From contig NC_045698.1 in NCBI RefSeq assembly GCF_009834535.1, forward strand, positions 11,658,001 through 11,722,000: DNA of 64,000 bases. Direction: 5' to 3'. The notes under the pieces were generated by a model. The model was given only the letters and a program-made list of their open reading frames with translations, was not told where the DNA came from and made no database searches. This document shows positions 61,901 to 64,000 of the stretch, in pieces. Numbering within the stretch: position 1 is the stretch's first letter; each line of letters starts with the position of its first letter. Source of the stretch: Camelus ferus. Lineage: Eukaryota. A program made the translations under genes and the position numbers.

Positions 61901-62719
61901 ACATTTCACTCACAGTTCTATTATGATTAAGTGACTTTTACCAAATGCATGTTTGTGTCTCCATCAAGATGAATACACAGTGACTGGGATACTTAACGAT
62001 AGGTGTGATATAAACCAGACAGTTTCTACCTGCCTCCCCATCTGTCTAACAAAGAACTTTCTCAGTTTCTGTCCAAACATGAGATTAATTCCAAGTTTCT
62101 GGACCAACATGAAAAATATCGTTAAAACACATGTCCTGCGTATACACAGCATCAGAGTAATAACAGTGTTATCAAGATCCATGTCACAGACCATTTCAAG
62201 CCCTGTTCATTAATTCATCTTAGAGGAACTAAACCAAATTTTGGCAAGATCCAGTCTGTTGCAAAGAAATCCTGTTTGAGACAAGATAGATATAAAACCA
62301 CAGGATAAGATTACCTACTTGCAGCTTTCACAGCGAAATCAGGCATCCATTTCTTACCCTCAGTCAGAGACACAAATGGAGCCCAAGATATTTCATCACT
62401 CCTTCTCAAAGTTTATGAAATACAGTGCCCCCTGATGACTCCAATTTCAGGAACTGGCACTGTTTCTAAATTCTGCTTCCTCTATTTGGCTAAGAATAAA
62501 TCTGTTAAAATATTAAGATGTGCCAGTAAATAGTATCATGTTTTCTCTCACCACCTGCAGCTAGTTACACTATCTTTAAAAGCATCTATCTGCTTATTAC
62601 TATGATCAAGCACCAACAATGTCATTTGGACCACACAGAAAATAAAATACGCTAATATAATATTATAGATTTGTATAAAATACATATTAAGGCACTAAAT
62701 GTACACATTTTACAAGGAA

Positions 62720-63330
62720 TCAATCAGTCATTTTATTTAACTTCATTTACTGATGTATTATTGTCCAGTGTTATACACATGGCCAGGCATAGATGATGGA
62801 AAAGTAACCCCAGCCCCGATCTTGCCCTCAGGTGCCTCCTGGTATAGTGAGAGACAAAAAATATGTACACAACTGCAGAAACACAGAAAAGAGTTATGCA
62901 CAAAATATGTACACAACTGCAGAAAAACAGAAACAGCCATGGCCGTTCCAAGAGTTGTGCACATTTTGGAGTGATCAGAGATGACTTAATGGACAAGTGG
63001 CTTTTGGATTAGACTTAGAAAGCAAGAGAGTTCTCCATGGAGAAAATAGAAAAAACATATTCTTAGATGAGAAAGGAGTGTCATGAGCACAGGAACTGAG
63101 ACAGGATTCCTGGTTTGTGCTGGGAAAACAAGAATAACTATTTGGCAGGATTACACGTGGTGAGAAGCACAGGAAGCGGGCAGACATTTGGTAACTTCAG
63201 ACGTGACTAGCTCAGTTAAGACCTTGACTACCATGCTAGGGAGCATGAATGTGACTCTGTAGGCAACTGGAAGCACCTGATGAGGCTCTTAAGAAGGGGT
63301 ACAGCATGCTCAGAGTCATGTAGAAAAGGT
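62720..63330 (-). mobile_element. L2 fragment
   Basis: cttgccctcaggtgcctcctggtatagtga...gaccttgactaccatgctagggag...gtaggcaactggaagcac...gcatgctcaga. Confidence 0.65.
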
Positions 63331-63450
63331 GGAACTTTAAGTATTTAAGCAAAGATTGCACACAAGGTTAATTGTTGTATTCTTTACACTTGAAGACACT
63401 TGTGTACAATGAATTGAGTATTAATTGAAAGATGTACATATTGATAGACC

Positions 63451-63967
63451 TGGTGGTGGCAGAGACTGCTAATTGTTGCTCAATACCTATTTATCCCTTT
63501 TGTTAAAGAACTCCCAAAATTCAGCTGGTCACAGACTAACCAGAATAAGGACCACACACTTCCTAGCTTGCCCTGCAGCAAGTTGTGATCATATGACTAA
63601 GCTGTAGCCCATGGGATATAATCTAAAGTGCTGCGCACCACTTCCGGGACATGGTCCCTAGACATTTCCACGCATCTCTAGATGAGTGAGCTTTTCCTTC
63701 TCTTCCTTCCTCCTCGAATGCAGCTGTAATGTGTGGAGCTGAAGCAGCCATTTTCGGCAATAAAGATGAGCTAGGGATGAGGGTCACCTATATAGGGGCA
63801 AAAAGAATGGAAGAACCTTGACTCTGACACATGGAGCACCTGCTTAGCCCTGGAGTACCTCATTTGACATTTTCATGAAAGAAAGAAAGAAAGAAATTCT
63901 TATTTTTTCTGAGCTTCAGATATTTTGAATATTCACCCCTGGCATCTAAACCAAATCTTATCTGACA
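63451..63967 (+). mobile_element. MaLR LTR (MLT1J/K-like)
   Basis: ggtggcagagactgctaattgtt...ttcctagcttgccctgcagc...atatgactaag...tggagctgaagcagccatttt...aaatcttatctgaca. Confidence 0.75.
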
Positions 63968-64000
63968 GGGTTGGGAAAGTGATTCAAGGGGCTTTCTATA

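Noticed and set aside
1..64000. Non-retroviral endogenous viral element, CRISPR-like array, tRNA/rRNA/snRNA or processed pseudogene
   Set aside because: No ORF-track peptide or nucleotide motif resembled these by eye. A translated profile search (tBLASTn/HMMER) and Infernal would be needed to exclude highly decayed copies.

Overview
This is repeat-rich, non-coding mammalian DNA. I recognised no host protein-coding exon, RNA gene or CRISPR-type system. The repeat content points to a camelid-like cetartiodactyl: cetartiodactyl-type L1 3' ends, a short L1 tail like camelid L1, and no Alu, B1, Bov-A/tA, CHR, PRE-1 or ERE SINEs that I could see. The main feature is a decayed class I (gamma-like, ERV1) provirus at about 4.69-10.19 kb, inserted in an old L1. 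Its layout is a truncated 5' LTR fused directly to pol (RT-RNase H-IN), a gamma-type env, a PPT and a 3' LTR. R/U5, PBS, gag and pro are deleted at an apparent microhomology. The rest is two related solo ERV1 LTRs, several MaLR/ERVL LTRs, many L1/L2/CR1/MIR fragments, hAT and Tigger fossils, and microsatellites. Several insertions are nested and have readable target-site duplications (TSDs). The most unusual events are a tail-less, internally primed L1 ORF2 insertion with a perfect 18-bp TSD, and an L1 that keeps both ends but has lost its core. L1s and LTRs lie mostly on the + strand, which suggests the window is intronic to a minus-strand gene. Repeat family names come from my recollection of consensus sequences, not from a database search. 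I found no convincing new biological system.
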